In this document: positions 1-13,579 of the stretch, in pieces | Layout of the letters: every line of letters starts with the position of its first letter | How positions within the stretch are numbered: the first letter of the stretch is position 1 | Source of the DNA: Perkinsus chesapeaki ATCC PRA-425 | Taxonomy: Eukaryota; Protista; Perkinsozoa | Reading direction: 5' to 3' | Length of the DNA: 64,000 nt | Assembly: GCA_013115145.1 (NCBI GenBank) | Contig: JAAPAO010000005.1 | Coordinates: 1-64,000 of the forward strand | Notes under the pieces: generated by a model | What the model saw: the letters and a program-made list of their open reading frames with translations, nothing else | Database searches by the model: none | Told to the model about the DNA's origin: nothing | Translations under genes and position numbers: made by a program

Positions 1-619
1 TTGAAACATCGGCAACATTGACAAGGGCCTTTAAGAGTAACACTGAAAGCTTCACGGCCAATTGACGGAGATTCATTTCGCACAAGTCCTCTACTATAAT
101 CGAGGCTCGTCGATGATGGCCCTCCGTCTTAACAGAAATCATAAATGATGATAGAACTTGCTCGAGACTGCTAACGTCATGATTCCCCGGGAACAGCCCG
201 AGTGAAACTTCGTTATCGAGTCCTAACCTGAGAACCATATGAATACCTAAGCTTGGTTAAGTTCTTGCTTACCGATAAGTTCTGTACGCTCGGCCCATGT
301 CGCCAACTCGGATAAAGTGATCCATATCTTCTATCCAATCGCTGGTAACCTCAGAGCTGCTGAGGACTGAGTGAAGTGGCCCGTTGATGGATGGCTGAAA
401 CGGAACGATGCTTCGGGCGCGCCACTCGGTAAGGCCTACCGCAGCAGTGGAGCAAAGGGAGTCCATGGCATTTAGCATGTCTTCCTGTAGAATGCCCATT
501 CGGTGATGAGGGCCAACGTGCGTGAGGCGTCTCGAAGACTCGCGAACGGTTCGAGATCTTTTCTGTAGCAAGCAGGCCACGAGTATGGTGCTCGCAGTGA
601 CGATCGAGAAGACCATCAC
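1..619 (-). CDS. Hypothetical multi-exon protein with hydrophobic N-terminus; runs off the window start
   Basis: ORF 269-628 (MVFSIVTASTILVACLLQKR...) ends at a GTAAG donor near 272. An open frame resumes below ~225 (LGLDNEVSLGLFPGNHDV...) and stays open to base 1. No family recognised; an overlapping frame (351-671) cannot be excluded. Confidence 0.4.
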
Positions 620-1317
620 CTCTCGCACGATATACCGGATAATGTGCTCGTGTATTGTGTCGATCAGCCACGGTGGGCTTTATAAAGAGTTAGCGGTTAG
701 GGTGGAAAACGTTTTTCGAGCAATCGATCTCCGCGAGCCCGCCAAGATTCTCGGGAGACGGCTGCTTATGCGCGAGCTCAGTACCGTACTAATAGTACTA
801 CTTATAATTCCAATGAGCGCTAGTTAGAAATAACTAGAAACATTTGATCTTATTCGATACGATTCTGATGGAGCCGCGCTCCCCAGACGCCTACAACTCG
901 TAGGAAAGGAAGTGCTGTTGGGTATCTACTGTAATAGTTGGAGACTTCAGTACCGAAATCAGGATGCTCGAAATTGCGGAAAACTTCACACGGGAAGATT
1001 TTGCCAGCTTCCCAGAATACTTCATCAGAACTGGATTGATCTCTTTTGCGCGCCGCGAATTGCGGCCCGCTTCTGGCGAATACCTCTCTAATATCACGAG
1101 TAATGCATTGACCCGGCAGATTAATAACTACTTCATCAAAATAGGTGCTTCAGAAGACACTGGTATTCGTTTGATGAGAGCGAGAATGTTCAATCTGACT
1201 TCAGGTGTGATAGGAATTTGTGACGCTTTTGCGTGCCCGGGTAGCTTGCTGCTATCGTTCAATTGGATTTTGGCGTTAAAGATAACTTCACAAACGCAAC
1301 ATATCAAATGCCAGCAA

Positions 1318-3089
1318 TCACATCAAATCCAGCAATGATCGAATTTCACGTCGCGTTATGTTATCATCCCGGAGCTTGTTGAGCTTCTTCTGTTCGAGCT
1401 TCACTCGCGCCTCTTCCTGCTTCAACGCCTTCACCCTTTCGTCCTGAGTGATAGCAGCATCAAATACACCAGGTACATGCTCATCGAAGCATCGTCACAA
1501 TATCGAATTTTATGGCCTGTGCTATCTAAAACACAGTTCAATGAAAGCAGGTTATCGCAAATGTATACTGAACTCAAGATCGGGTCGCCGTCAATACTTC
1601 TATGCATCTCCTGTTAATTTTTGGAGACTATCCCCCGGCTCAGAGTTCGTATAATTCGTATGTATCGTCCTATTTGGAACTTTCAAGCATGCGATTGTCC
1701 ATATCCCCTCCACCAGATAGGCCCCGATAACGTCCAACTTACCCTCCGTCTCTTCTCTTCAGCTGCTCGCTGAATAAGCTGTTCAGTTCGGCGACGTGCA
1801 TCTTCCTTAATTTTGAGCGCTACTTCAGCTTCATGGTTACAACGTTTTCTGAGCAATTATAAATACTGTTGAGCTTAGTCAACTAAAACTAGGCGTTATC
1901 TTCACTCATTGAGCGAATCCTGATGAGGGGTTGTAATCGAACCTAGTAATACCCTCAAATTCTACCGGTAAATGCAAGAGTAACAGAGGAAGTAAATCTC
2001 CCATGTATGTTCATAGTTAATACGAATGTTATATGATTATTGTATATGATAGGCAAGGGATGCGCTTAAGTATGCAAGTTGATATGGAGTATGGTATTAA
2101 TATATATTAATTAGTATAGATTACAGTATACTATTAATATCTTCCATAGAACAGGCTTGTCGTGAGACGGCCATTAACAGCCTCGAAAGTTTATAAGAAA
2201 CTTGGTGATGCAGCCAAGTACCGAAAAATGGCGATTCGGGATGATATTACTGCTGCCCGACTCGGAACGGTAACTCACACAACGGTGAAGAGCGTCAGAG
2301 AAGTGGCTGTTGTCGTCGATGCTCCCCCCGTCTACTATCACTTCACCATATAAGGTAGGCTTTAAATCGAGGCGTTCCAAGGGAGATGAGGAGGCACGCT
2401 GGCGGTTATCCGAAGAAAATGCTTACTTCTCAATCTGTTCAATCTTAGCTCTCCGCTTCGCCTCCAACTTAGATCGCTTCGCCTGCTTCTCAAGTTGCTG
2501 AATTCTCAACTGGCTCTTGTCAACATTGCGTGTCACCCTCAACTGAGCATCGCGCCCCATGGGTTTTCAAACTGTCTTATGCCTACCGCTTCTTCCTCCT
2601 CTTCATCCGAACCAATAGACGCCGCGATCGCTGTCTCCTCGGACACAATCAGGACTAGTCCTTCAACCGGGTCCTTCACCAATGCCAGTCTTCCAAGTAG
2701 CCAATCGAACCTGATCCACTTCTGAACTTCCGCTCGGTTGCTGCCCGTCAGAAACTTCTACCCTTTCAAGATGACTGCCTAACACGGCTGCTACTGATAA
2801 TGGTTCGTCCTACCTCTTTTGAGAATCCGCTGGCTCACCATACAGATCATGTTCGTCCACAAAGAGGCGCTCGAACTCTTCATAAGAATATTCTACCCAA
2901 ATTTTCTTATCAGTTTCGACCACCGTCAACCCAATTCGAAACTTCTGCAAGTCGACCGCGGTTTCTGAGCTTTCATAGCAACTTCCTGTCACACCTTGAT
3001 CAGCATACCTCCATCTCCTATCGGAATTATCTCCCCCGTCTCTGTCCGGGCAGTATCATATGCGACCAGCGAGCATTCGCCATGGCCAT
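1318..3089 (-). CDS. Multi-exon coiled-coil protein, diverged paralog of the 4057-7275 gene
   Basis: Spliced exons read ...KFRIGLTVVETDKKIWVEYSYEEFERLF...QKR|FDWLLGRLALV...|LRVTRNVDKSQLRIQQLEKQAKRSK...|...EEKRRR|DERVKALKQEEARVKLEQKKLNKLRDDNITRREIRSLLDLM*, with GT/AG junctions. Confidence 0.6.
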
Positions 3090-4056
3090 CGAACGAGCGT
3101 GCGCCCTAAGATCACAAAGTATGAAACATAAACAACTCACAGTAAAATTGTAAAGCATTAATTAGTAGTAAATTTACTATATATCTTCATAGTATCTTTA
3201 TAAAGATAACACTCTCAGAATTAATTACAAGATTTCCTTCGAGTTGACTGATACGAAGATAATAGGCTCTCTGAATAGGCAGTTCGAAAGGTAGTGTAAA
3301 GGGTGACCGCCTGCGGTGTCACACTAGTCGAGTCGTCAAAGTGTCAAGCTACATTGACGGGGAGTCTGCTTGATTATCATCGAAACGATCGGCTTCGATT
3401 GAACGTTAACAAGAGCGGCATACAGTGTTGAACAATTTACAGTGATGTGAAAACGAAAAGATATTTTCTAGGTTACCTGCCAGATAGGCCACCCAAATGC
3501 ATCCTCTGCAGCTGCTGCTGAAGTATCGCTTGACAATCCACTCTCCGAAGACATACCAACACAGGACTATTCATCAGATACGATCGAGGCGGGGCCCGAC
3601 TCCAGTTCACTGAAGCGATTCACTCCGACTTCCGCGAAAACACTCTCCATCTATACTAGTAGGGAGGAGGGTCTTCCCTCCAAGACATCACAGGAGAACG
3701 CTTTCATGGGTTAGGAGATAGCTTATTGTCGCGAAAATCTTAACACGCTTAATACGACGCTTCTCGACGGAGACAATCTGATGCTGGTGACACAATTATT
3801 GATAAATCATCCCTACAGAGTGCCGCTCACTCTAACTCTTTTGAAACAATAATGTATGGCTACTGGAACTATGGTACTATCATCTGTCACCGAACGTTCA
3901 GATCCACATTAGCAGAACGGTTGCTGTCATGTCGAATCACTCCTCAAGCCGCTGTATGATCCTTATTTATTTCGTCCAGTTATTCGCCTCCCTACCCGCA
4001 GCCTTATCATCCGGAACCATGACACACACAACACCAACTTTATCAACAACACACGC

Positions 4057-7000
4057 TCACTGCACTGCAACATGATCCTCAGCAATAGGCATTCCCTCGT
4101 GGAGATCCGCTTTGGCCCTAAAACTGCCTTGCCCGCTAATGATACATTTTCCCTACTTATTCAGCAATCCTTTCTCCTTTATATATTCCGCGAACACCCT
4201 AACAGCACACATATCTCTTCGACTTCTGGTCCCACCGCTACCGCCGTCTTTCCTCGTTCATTCCGGAGATTGCCTCGACCTTTCGCTCCAGCAGAAGTTT
4301 ATTACGCATGCATTGAGTGTCCAAAGCTTGCTGCCTCTTCAAGTTCTGGGCTGCGGCGTGATCACGCAGACGTGCATCCCGCCTTCGCCAAGCCTGACGG
4401 ATAGGGCCTTCCAACTGTTGGTCCACTCCCAATGTGAAAGATCATTAGGAAAGTTATATAGCGATATTCGGAATGGTCCAAATATGAAGTGACTCAATAT
4501 TTTGTTAAATAAATATGTTATATTATTTCGGTGTAATGTTAAGCTGAAACTTAACATATTAAAACGGTGCGTAGGTGCATATCTCGAGCCGCGAGGTATG
4601 TCTATCGGTTCAAGCGGTAAATACGTTAGTATGATTGAGATTGTGTAATGTATCATTATAAACCAAATGGTAGGTATATTGTCAAATTGCTTACTGCTTC
4701 TCGCTTCGCATCTAGGTCTCTCATATGGTTTTCGTATTCTCGTCGTTCATCCTCATCACGCTTCATTCTATCAGCTGCTCTCTTCTTTATTCCTTCCTCT
4801 TTGCCCTTTTTCTCTTTATCCGACTTATTCTGTCGTTCAAAGAATGCCTGATTGCCAATCCATGATTTGAATCAGCTGCTGTAGTCCAGCGAGTTCCTGG
4901 CATTTTCTAGTTCTTAACGAGAGCTGTTGAGTTAATGAGGAGTTGGAAAGGTTTTGGTTAATGAGCTTCTTGTCTGTTTCAGGTGGCGATAGAGCAATAG
5001 GAGCGTGCCTTGAAACTTTCACAGATATCAAACTGACCACTATTAGCATGTTTCGAATTTAACGACAGACAGGGCGAGGCGCACACTCCATGGCACTCTC
5101 CATAGCAGTGTCGAACCGGCCCATTCAGAAACCCACCTAACTAGCTCCGCCGCATTTCCTTTCGGAGCTCCGGGTATTAAATCGATTCCCCTGAGGAGCT
5201 TGGTTATCCTCCGCCTTACATTAATAATATTCTTCTCATTAGCCTGCCTTCTAGCTCTCAAAACGGCTATGTTACCGTTCCGCTTCTCGTCTATCTCATT
5301 CTGTCGCGTCTCTCGTTTGATTACTTCATATCGGTCACTAAATGCAAGTAGGTGCCCAAGGCACTCCATAACGCTCCTCTACGACGCAATCGCTGTCCCC
5401 GCATTCCTAATCACACAAGAGGTCTACGGGAAAGTGCTGCACACGAACACAAGGGCGTTCCTGTCGTCGTAATCGAATGACGGCTCTTATGGCAAGCGCA
5501 TTTTGTAGCCATTGGAACATCACGGATGCTCGATAAGATCTTGCTCCTCGATCTCGAATTTATAAAAAACAGTAATGAGCATCAAGTCTATCTTTGTAAT
5601 TCTCTTAGCCGCCCGATAGATAACATAGAAACTTCCGAAACACTGTTACATCTCCAATCTCTCGGGAGCCTACCGCAACTGCTGCGCCCGTTTCTCATCC
5701 CGCTCTTCCTTAATCTGCCTCTCCCTCAATTTGGCAGCTTCCTCAGCTGCCCTCTTTTCCTCAGCGATCTGTCCAGCATCATTTTCGCCGTTTTTAATTC
5801 AGCTCACCTTGGCCAAAAATCGTTCTTTTCTCTCCTGGTCTCTTTGCTCTATCAACGCTGTTCGTTTTTTGTCCAGCTCGACCATAGATTCCCTCAATTT
5901 CGCTCTTCCTTGGTAGTTCAGCTTTCCTATAGGTATTTTGCTCTGAATCGCGCAGTGCTATCCAGTCACTCGTTCATACTTACCGCGCCCTCGCTAGATT
6001 TAACAAACCGTGGCCGTTCGCTCGTTTCGGCAGACTGCAAGGCCAATCGAAGCCCCCCGCTGCCGTCAGAGACCAAGTCAAGTCTTCTGAGCACCCAATG
6101 AAACCTGCCCGGCAGTTTGTGGTATCGAACTGGTTGCGTTGAGACCTCTCCTTCTTCTTGTTTGGGTTCATAAGCTCCGCGTTGAAACGGAAGAGCTGAT
6201 CGAATTCGCCGTAGGAGTACTCTACGCTGTAGAGGTCACTTGTGTCCACGGAAAAAAGAGAGAAACGTATTTTGCCGAAGTCTTGAGCTGATGAATCTGA
6301 GTTAAGCTGTCGTGTTCAATTCGGAATTATTTTGCAATTTTTCCATCAAAAACGACTAATAACAGAGTTAATCCAGGATAAAGAAGTTATTACAAGATAT
6401 AATGATGAATAGCGCTGATTACTGTTAAGTTTAGGAGAATAAATATACATTATATATTATTATTAGTATATTGTTACTATTAATTATATATACATATAAT
6501 ATATTTAAGTATACAGTTAATAACTTACAATGAAGTAGTGTAAAATCTCTACTTGCAAAAATACGTCACAGAGGGCTCACTATCAAGGAGGCACTGAGAG
6601 CAGCGAAGGCCTGTGACGAGGCCTGTGCTTACCATCGACAGATTGCTGTTCAAGTTCTTTCGCCGTCGCCTCGCCTGAGTAGGTTTTTCCCGTATCAAAT
6701 ACACCACATATAAATTCGCCTTTTTTATAAATATCTTTTGTGGCCTAAGAAGAGTGCAAGATTCAAAACAGGTCGCGATCGTTGAACTATAAGCTATAGT
6801 GAAATTAAGATACCCGATTTTCGTTGTACATACGACTGTGCGCGTGCTATCTCTGTAGGGCTTATCAACCTTCAAGACATGCATTTTAAGTGTTTTGTTT
6901 AGTCTTTTTGATGCAGTATCATTAATCTTTATCAACTACTCTAGACTATACAGCTGCAATTAACGGTTATTTAGTGTCACACATCAATAATTCCGCTCCC

Positions 7001-7275
7001 TGTGCACTGCGTACGAAGCAGTTTCATCTTATTTACTGTGCGTCTGAGCTTGAAAGATACGTCCGATACGTACCATCCACATTAAATGACCCGTTGACAT
7101 CGAGGCTAAGATGGCATCAGATGTAGAAGTTCTTTTCAAGTCAGCAGCGGTCATGTCAAGGCAAGGCTCCTCAAGTAACCTGTTACGAATCTTGCGCGGC
7201 TCAACTGAGGAAATGCAAGTGTTCAAGATTCTCTTTGCATTCTCATCTACTTCCTTTGTGCTCCTCGAGTGTCAT
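4057..7275 (-). CDS. Multi-exon coiled-coil protein with N-terminal YSVEYSY-EFD-LF-FNAELMNPN domain
   Basis: Phase-consistent exons give MTLEEHKGIEPRKIRNSLDVNGSFNVDGEATAKELEQQSVDDSSAQDFGKIRFSLFSVDTSDLYSVEYSYGEFDQLFRFNAELMNPNKKKER|FHWVLRRLDLV..., followed by long charged helical exons down to ~4057. 5' start inferred. Confidence 0.62.
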
Positions 7276-7282
7276 CTACAAT

Positions 7283-8133
7283 ATGTCTTCTCACAGCACT
7301 GTCGGTTCCCCCTCTACGTGCACCTCCGCTACCTCCAAGCACCGAGCTGTCCATAGGTAAATCTCCTCTGAAACTTTCCATATTTTCTCTTCAGATTTCG
7401 GTCAAGATTTTGCGTCTACAACGTCACTGGTAGCCAGGGTTGCCTCGACGGGGACTTCTGTCCCTTTGCTCACTCCCCCTACCAACTGGCCCGTCCCAAA
7501 TCCTACCTTTGCCCATCTCATCTCGGCTACTGCCGTGGTCTTGGTATCTGTCCCTTTGCACACAATGAGTCCGAACTAGAGAAATCACCGATGCCCGTCA
7601 TCAAGCGTATTTGCAAGTTTATATCTACCCCTCGTGGGTGCAACCTCGGCGCTGGCTGCCGCAACGCCCACAACGAACTCGAAATGAGCACTGGTATCCG
7701 TGTTGATGCGTCAAATCGCGTCGACCCAACCAACGACTACGTGTTCTCCATCTACCATCGCAATGGTCTTTCCTCACCTCGGAAGCAAAAGTCTCATCAC
7801 AAGTCCCGCAATAATGGCCTCTTAGCTACTCCTTTGGTGGTCCCCAGCCCCACTTCTTTTACCCTCGATCAGCAGCTCTTAAGTGTAACTACTCCGCAAG
7901 CCTGCCACACGCAAGGCCACTTCCTGAGCAAAAGTCTTTTGGAATCGGTTGCGGCTACGGCAATAGAGGACGACACCAGAGCCAGGTCGGCTGCTGTGCT
8001 CGATCTCTGCTCCTCCTTGGCTTGCTTGCTGCGCTGTACTATGGACCAGCCGGCTGGCATGCTTCCGGACATGTCTTTTTGTGGAGACGACTTTCAATTG
8101 TTGTCATCGACTATCCCGGAGGGTCTGCTCTAA
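7283..8133 (+). CDS. CCCH-type zinc-finger protein (three CCCH fingers; likely RNA-binding)
   Basis: Exon 1 7283-7356, intron 7357-7394 (GTAAAT...TTCAG), exon 2 7395-8133. Fingers: CVYNVTGSQGCLDGDFCPFAH, CPSHLGYCRGLGICPFAH, CKFISTPRGCNLGAGCRNAH; low-complexity tail. Confidence 0.85.
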
Positions 8134-8474
8134 TACATCATTTTCTTCATTATAGAAGTCATGTCTATATTTCTCAAGCGCTAATATATGAAAATTGGTT
8201 ATCGCCCTCAACTGGGTTTCTTTGGTATCCTGTATACTCAACTCTAGTCTCATCATCATCATTGTTTCGGTAGTATTTTTACTTGACACCACCACAGAGG
8301 TTTTCTGACAGTGAAGTCAGCTCGGCGATCAAGTTCTAAGCGTAATCCTATATGAAGTAAATCTCGGCAATAACCCAGGTAGATAACAGCAATTTTTGTG
8401 CTCACTTTGGCATGTTGTGTTCACCAGTTGGGAGGAGAGGCTCGCTTATCAACCTTTGAGGAATCTTCGCACGT

Positions 8475-11155
8475 ATGGGTCGATCTCGCTCTGAAAGCGA
8501 CAAAGGCGAGAAGGATCGTCGGCATAAACGAGATTCACGTAATGCAAACCCAGCTCATTCGAGGAGAGATCGGTATGAGCTCAGGGAAGGAGAAGAAGTC
8601 CCATAAGAAGCATCGAAAGCACCACCATCGCCACCAAAGCAGATCCGCCTCCGAGTCCTCTCCCTCGGAAGTGGACGAGAGCGTCTTTTATGATCAAGAT
8701 AAAGCAGTGACATTGATAAGGGATTGCATTATGCATGATCCTCGGTCGTCTGGTAAGCCTTGAAAAGGAAAGGACTTCCTATCGGTGAGGGTAGGTGAGC
8801 TGCAAGGCCTGTTCACGTCACTGCATGGCGGAGGGAAGATAAACATATCACAAGTACCGACAGAAGGTAGGCGGCATTTTAAACGGTAGTGTGGATAAGG
8901 CACACCCTACCGACGTAGCTTGTGCAACGTGCTAGTGCCCCATCGTCACCTGATGATTACGGGCCGATAAGACTCAAGTGATTGATGGGGCACCTCCCAC
9001 TGCATTTCCAAAGGGGGCTTTACGACGGTCGGAGGTGAAGGCTTTCCTGGTTCAGGCATATATGATATCAATTTCAATCCCCGCAAGAAGCTGAGGCATC
9101 TTCTTCGAGTCTTCAATCTCCGGGAAGGCACAGGAGGGGAGTGGTTTGCACCGTCAGAGTTGCCGTTCAATCTGAAGTACTGATAGCTGACGGAGTGATG
9201 GGCAACATTCCTGTTGCAGGCGGAACTTCAAGAAATGCGTTAAGGAAGCGGAAGCGTTGGCCGAAGAGAAACGGGAAGCACGCGAGCTGGAGAGCTTCGA
9301 GGATGCGCCCCGGGAACGAGAGGAGACCCTTAATGTTGCCGAGGTGGGTGGGGGAAAACCCGAAACCCGGAAGCCGGATTCTTAGGAGGAACCTCGCACG
9401 ACTGCTCAAGGGCCTCAGCTACCTTGGTCTCGTGAACGGCAAGAGATGCTGGCTCGGAGGGATGAGGATGACGCTGAGCTCGGCCCACTACCGGAGGGGG
9501 AGGAGCGTGCCCCTAGAAAGATACCGGGTAAGGCAGAATTCATTTAAAATGATGGATGATGATTCAGACCGGTTTCCGCGAAATTCATTTTTCATAAGCA
9601 GACTGCGCCAAGGACAGCGAACGTTACAGCTTTTATCACACGGGGCTGTTAGTAGAACGGCCGTCAATTTAAAGCTCGCATTTCATCTTCTGTCATCTGT
9701 CACCTTCATTTCTCTTTGCCGTAGGGAATACGGCTTTTCAGCCTGTTCCGCAGGAACGCCCAGATGAGCGGCGAATGACAGGTTTATGATGAGGGAAGAA
9801 TGTTATTAGCTAGCTGGTGAATCCTAATGTTCACTTGATTTCCTCCGTGAAAAATCTCTCTCCGTTTTCATGGAAAACGGTTTGAACAAGTTGTGAGCAA
9901 GTCTACTGCCCCTGTTATTGCAAATGGCCGTGTCCCTCCATCTATCGCTTCATAGGTCCCAGCGCCCCCCACAGCGACTCGGGAGGCGCGCGTGCATCGT
10001 GGATGACGGACTGCCCTGAAGGCATGAAGGATATCTGGGCCTCGAAAGAAGAGCTTAAAGAGAAGGCTGAGAGGGCGGCTAAGAGACGCAAATCGGATAG
10101 AGAAGTGGCTGCTGAAGAGGCGGCCAAAAAGGAGATGGAGAAGTACAGTCAGGAGTAGTAAGCTTCTCTGGGGATAATGAGTGGGCCAACTTCAGAAGGC
10201 CAGGGTTGAGTACTTCCTAGACTCTTATCGTAGCATTCTCTAAGGAAGGCCCTAATGGTGAGATTCCGCACAGTACACCGAATCGCCGGGAGTGGCGAAT
10301 TCTACCGTATCTAGGAACCGGTGTCTACTCTTTCGAAGAGTAACAATGACGGTATGAATAATTGAGTTTATCTCTCTCGGTGAGACCACAATCTTCTAGG
10401 GCTGGAGCAGGATCCTTTTTCGAGGCACCCTTCATCGGATACCGTGTATCAAACTTCTCCGCTCCCCGAAGTGTCCGCTCAGGTACGGTGGGAAGTCTCT
10501 GGTTGAGATATATTCTGAAGGTCATTACGATAAAAAGGAGCAGGTCACTCAGTTGAGGAAACTTCGTAAGTCTGACCAAACTCGGTGCCATCTCCATTTA
10601 GAGACTAACTAATCTATTTCACAGAGAAGCCCTATCACTGCGAATACTGTCTGGTACTTCCAGTAAGGAGCTACTTGGTCTTTTATTTGTTCATCGTCTG
10701 TCGTTGCTTGCCGTAGTCCCTCGCTGAAGCAGTACTGGGTAATTTCCCACCACGCCTCGGTGACATGTGGCTCCTCCTCGGAGCTTTCGCGTTCAGGTGC
10801 CGGCAAGGTTGACCTCTGGGGTAAGAACGCCTCAGCACAACGCAGAGAGGAAGCTTTGCGACAGAAGAGACTTTCCGGCGAAGGCGATGACAAGCGCTTC
10901 GACAGCGGACTGTTCAGTATGGCCCCGGTCAGAGCTTCGGAGTATCTATCCGTTTCAGATGCGGCAACAGCTGGAATGCCGGGCAGATCTGAAAGCACAG
11001 TGACCGCCAGCGGAAGGAAAATGTTCGACCCAACCACTGACCTCCAGCGCTCCAAGTTCGGCAGAGACAAAGATGACTTGGCCAGAATGGTTGAAGGCAA
11101 TAAGGCGATGAAGTCTAGATTCCACACCGGCGACTTTCACACTTCCTTTTCATAG
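8475..11155 (+). CDS. DUF3752/GPALPP1-like nuclear protein (multi-exon)
   Basis: Basic RS/KH-rich start (MGRSRSESDK...RKEKKSHKKHRK after a ~46-nt intron). GPQLP/LGPLP motifs, RASWMTD motif and C-terminus RKMFDPTTDLQRSK...KAMKSRFHTGDFHTSFS* resemble the DUF3752 C-terminal signature. Some internal junctions (10160-10760) unresolved. Confidence 0.62.
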
Positions 11156-11216
11156 TTACCGATATTGTCAAGTTTTTAGTGGTTGATAAGCGTGTTTGGA
11201 AATCTTGGAAATCAGA

Positions 11217-12540
11217 ATGTCGGTTGTTCTTGGCGGCAAGTGGGCTGATCTTGAAAAAGACAACACTCATTTAAGGGCAGATTTGGCAACCACGGCGCGC
11301 ACATGCTCGGAGTAGGTCGGGCCCAACTAGCCAGTTGCATAATCACAGCTTAGATTAACAGAACAGCTCTCAGTGGCACGAGAGAGAATTTCCGACCTTA
11401 CTGCCGCGCTAGAAGCATCCACCACCGAAACTGAGAGATACAAAAACACACTGCATGAAACAGAGTCGAAATTGAGCGAAACTGTTCAGCATTTGGAGGA
11501 GACCAATGAGGGATTGGAAACAAACAAGCGCGATTGTCATGAATTGGCTGAGAATCTTCGGAATAAAGAATCCGAGCTTGAGGTGAACGGGGCAGCAGTG
11601 GCCTTATAAGACACCTTGCCTCGTAGGAAGTGCGAGAAGCGAAAGCACATGGTGAACGAGTGGCTGAGAAACTCGCACGAGATCTCGCAGTTAGGGATGC
11701 ACAGCTTTCCGCGGCAACTAATGCATTAAATGACAAAAAAGTGAGGAAAATATCTTGAGACCTCCCGGAGATCGGCACTGTCCCAACGGCACAAAGTGGC
11801 CTTCCTTCCATAAGACACTTGCACAGCAAATGATACCAAGAATGGGAGGCTGTGCTGTTGAAGGGACCACTTTCGGATGCCTGCTGTGCCCTCGTAGGCG
11901 ATGTTCGAAAAGTCAACAAAGGATTTCGAGATAATGAGGAAGTTGAATGAGCAGAAGGATGCCAAGATCGCGTCCCTGTTGAAGGAGAGGTCCCGACTTA
12001 TAGAGAGACTGTAAGCAAGAATCTAAGGTCACTTAAGTGGAGCTCGCTACGCAGCACACAACTGAAGGCTTCATCGGCTGCTAAGGAGACACGGTCGCGA
12101 CGCGAGGCGAGCATAAAGACAGACGTATCTAAAGGTCAGATGCTCCTAGTTGGCCATGGTCAGAACTCTGCCTTACAGACCCCGCAGTAACCCAGGCTCT
12201 TAAGATGGCTGCTCGTCGGGTATCTGCTCCTCCTAGGAGCCTGAACTCGGATGTGGAGGAGGTCGGCGAGATAAAGAGGGCTCTAGCGGATGCTACCAGA
12301 GAGTGGGCAGAACTTTTCACGTCGGAGTAACTCCGCCCGAGATTCGCAGCTATATGGAACTCAAAGCCTCATCGTTATCGTTTCCTTTTCAGAGTCAGTC
12401 AGCTACGTCGGGCCCTCGCACTCGAACGACAGAGTCATGAGGCCACCAGGCGGCGGGCTATCGGCAAATCGACCGGAGATAAGTTAACTCCTCAAGTTTT
12501 GAATCCATGGAAAATACATGCTTCTCTGCTAAGAGAATAG
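11217..12540 (+). CDS. Multi-exon long coiled-coil protein
   Basis: MSVVLGGKWADLEKDNTHLRADL...|LARERISDLTAALEASTTETERYK...ESELE|EVREAKAHGERV... to ...IHASLLRE*; heptad-rich, canonical GT/AG junctions. Confidence 0.65.
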
Positions 12541-13579
12541 TTGTGCTCGTTTGCATGGCGTTGACTTCAAAGTACACTACTTAGAGCAAAACTGCTGAAC
12601 CAGTAGTAGCTGGTAGCCATGGAACCCGGCCCGGCAACAGCTCCTTATAACATCCACTGCCAGCTAGCCGGAACGAAAGCGGAGGATCAGTCTCGCTAGT
12701 GGTTCTCAAGAACATCAGCAACAGAACCTTCACAAAATGCATGAATCGCATACAGGACACGGTTCAGATCATTAATCCACATAAACGCATCTCGAGAGTG
12801 ATTGGAAAACGTGATGATGACCTCAGATAATGAAGTAGGCGTGATTCTTTGTAGCCTTGAAAGACTTGTAGCTAATGAAACCGCTTTCTTGAACAGCGCT
12901 GGACGCCTTCTCCCGAAGTATCCAGTTTATGGCCCGTGATTACGCCCTTCGTGGAACACCACGTTTAGGGCTCTGGAGAGCTTTTGGCTCGAATGCTTCC
13001 GACAGCGCCTCAAAGCTCAAATTGACCTCGCATTATTATTACAAGACATGCCCTGATGCACAATATTAGTTATAATTCCTAGAATTGACAAAATTTGACA
13101 TTACACGGCTTGAAGTTGTAAACTTCATCTCCCGAACTAGATTGCGACGTAGTGCCTTGCCACGCAGATACTCGAAGAGTGAAATGCCCGTTCTTTTCTT
13201 GACTCTAAACTTTGGAGTCCTCTCCGTCTGAGATGGATGAGAGCTTTCTATGACCGATTCGGGGGGCTATTTATCCGGCCGAGCATTCGTGAGGCGTAAA
13301 ATGGGCGCCCGGCATACTACACTTCCTTGCGGAATGCTCCTAGGTCCGAGTGGATAGAAATGCCCTGTAATGCGTACTTGAGTACCCATTGATCCAAACA
13401 ACACAGTGGATGAGACATTCCATTACGCCTCATCCTTGGTCACCCGGTGGGGCTTGTGGTGAGATGCGATTCTCAGCGATTGGATTAGATGGTTATTAAG
13501 GTCACTATGTGAAGGAGGGTTCATAAAAATATCAAAGTTCCCACTAGGGATGCCCAACAACGAACTCCATATAAAAAGT

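Noticed and set aside
8475-8610. Apparent frameshift between MGRSRSESDK... and SGKEKKSHKK...
   Set aside because: A ~46-nt GTAATG...CTCAG intron joins both parts in frame (RDS-R-KEKKSHKK).
12600-13525. Possible minus-strand gene (MNPPSHSDL...; ISLFEYLRGKALRRNLVREMKF; VIITFSNHSRDAFMW)
   Set aside because: Segments could not be joined with consistent phases and no family was recognised.
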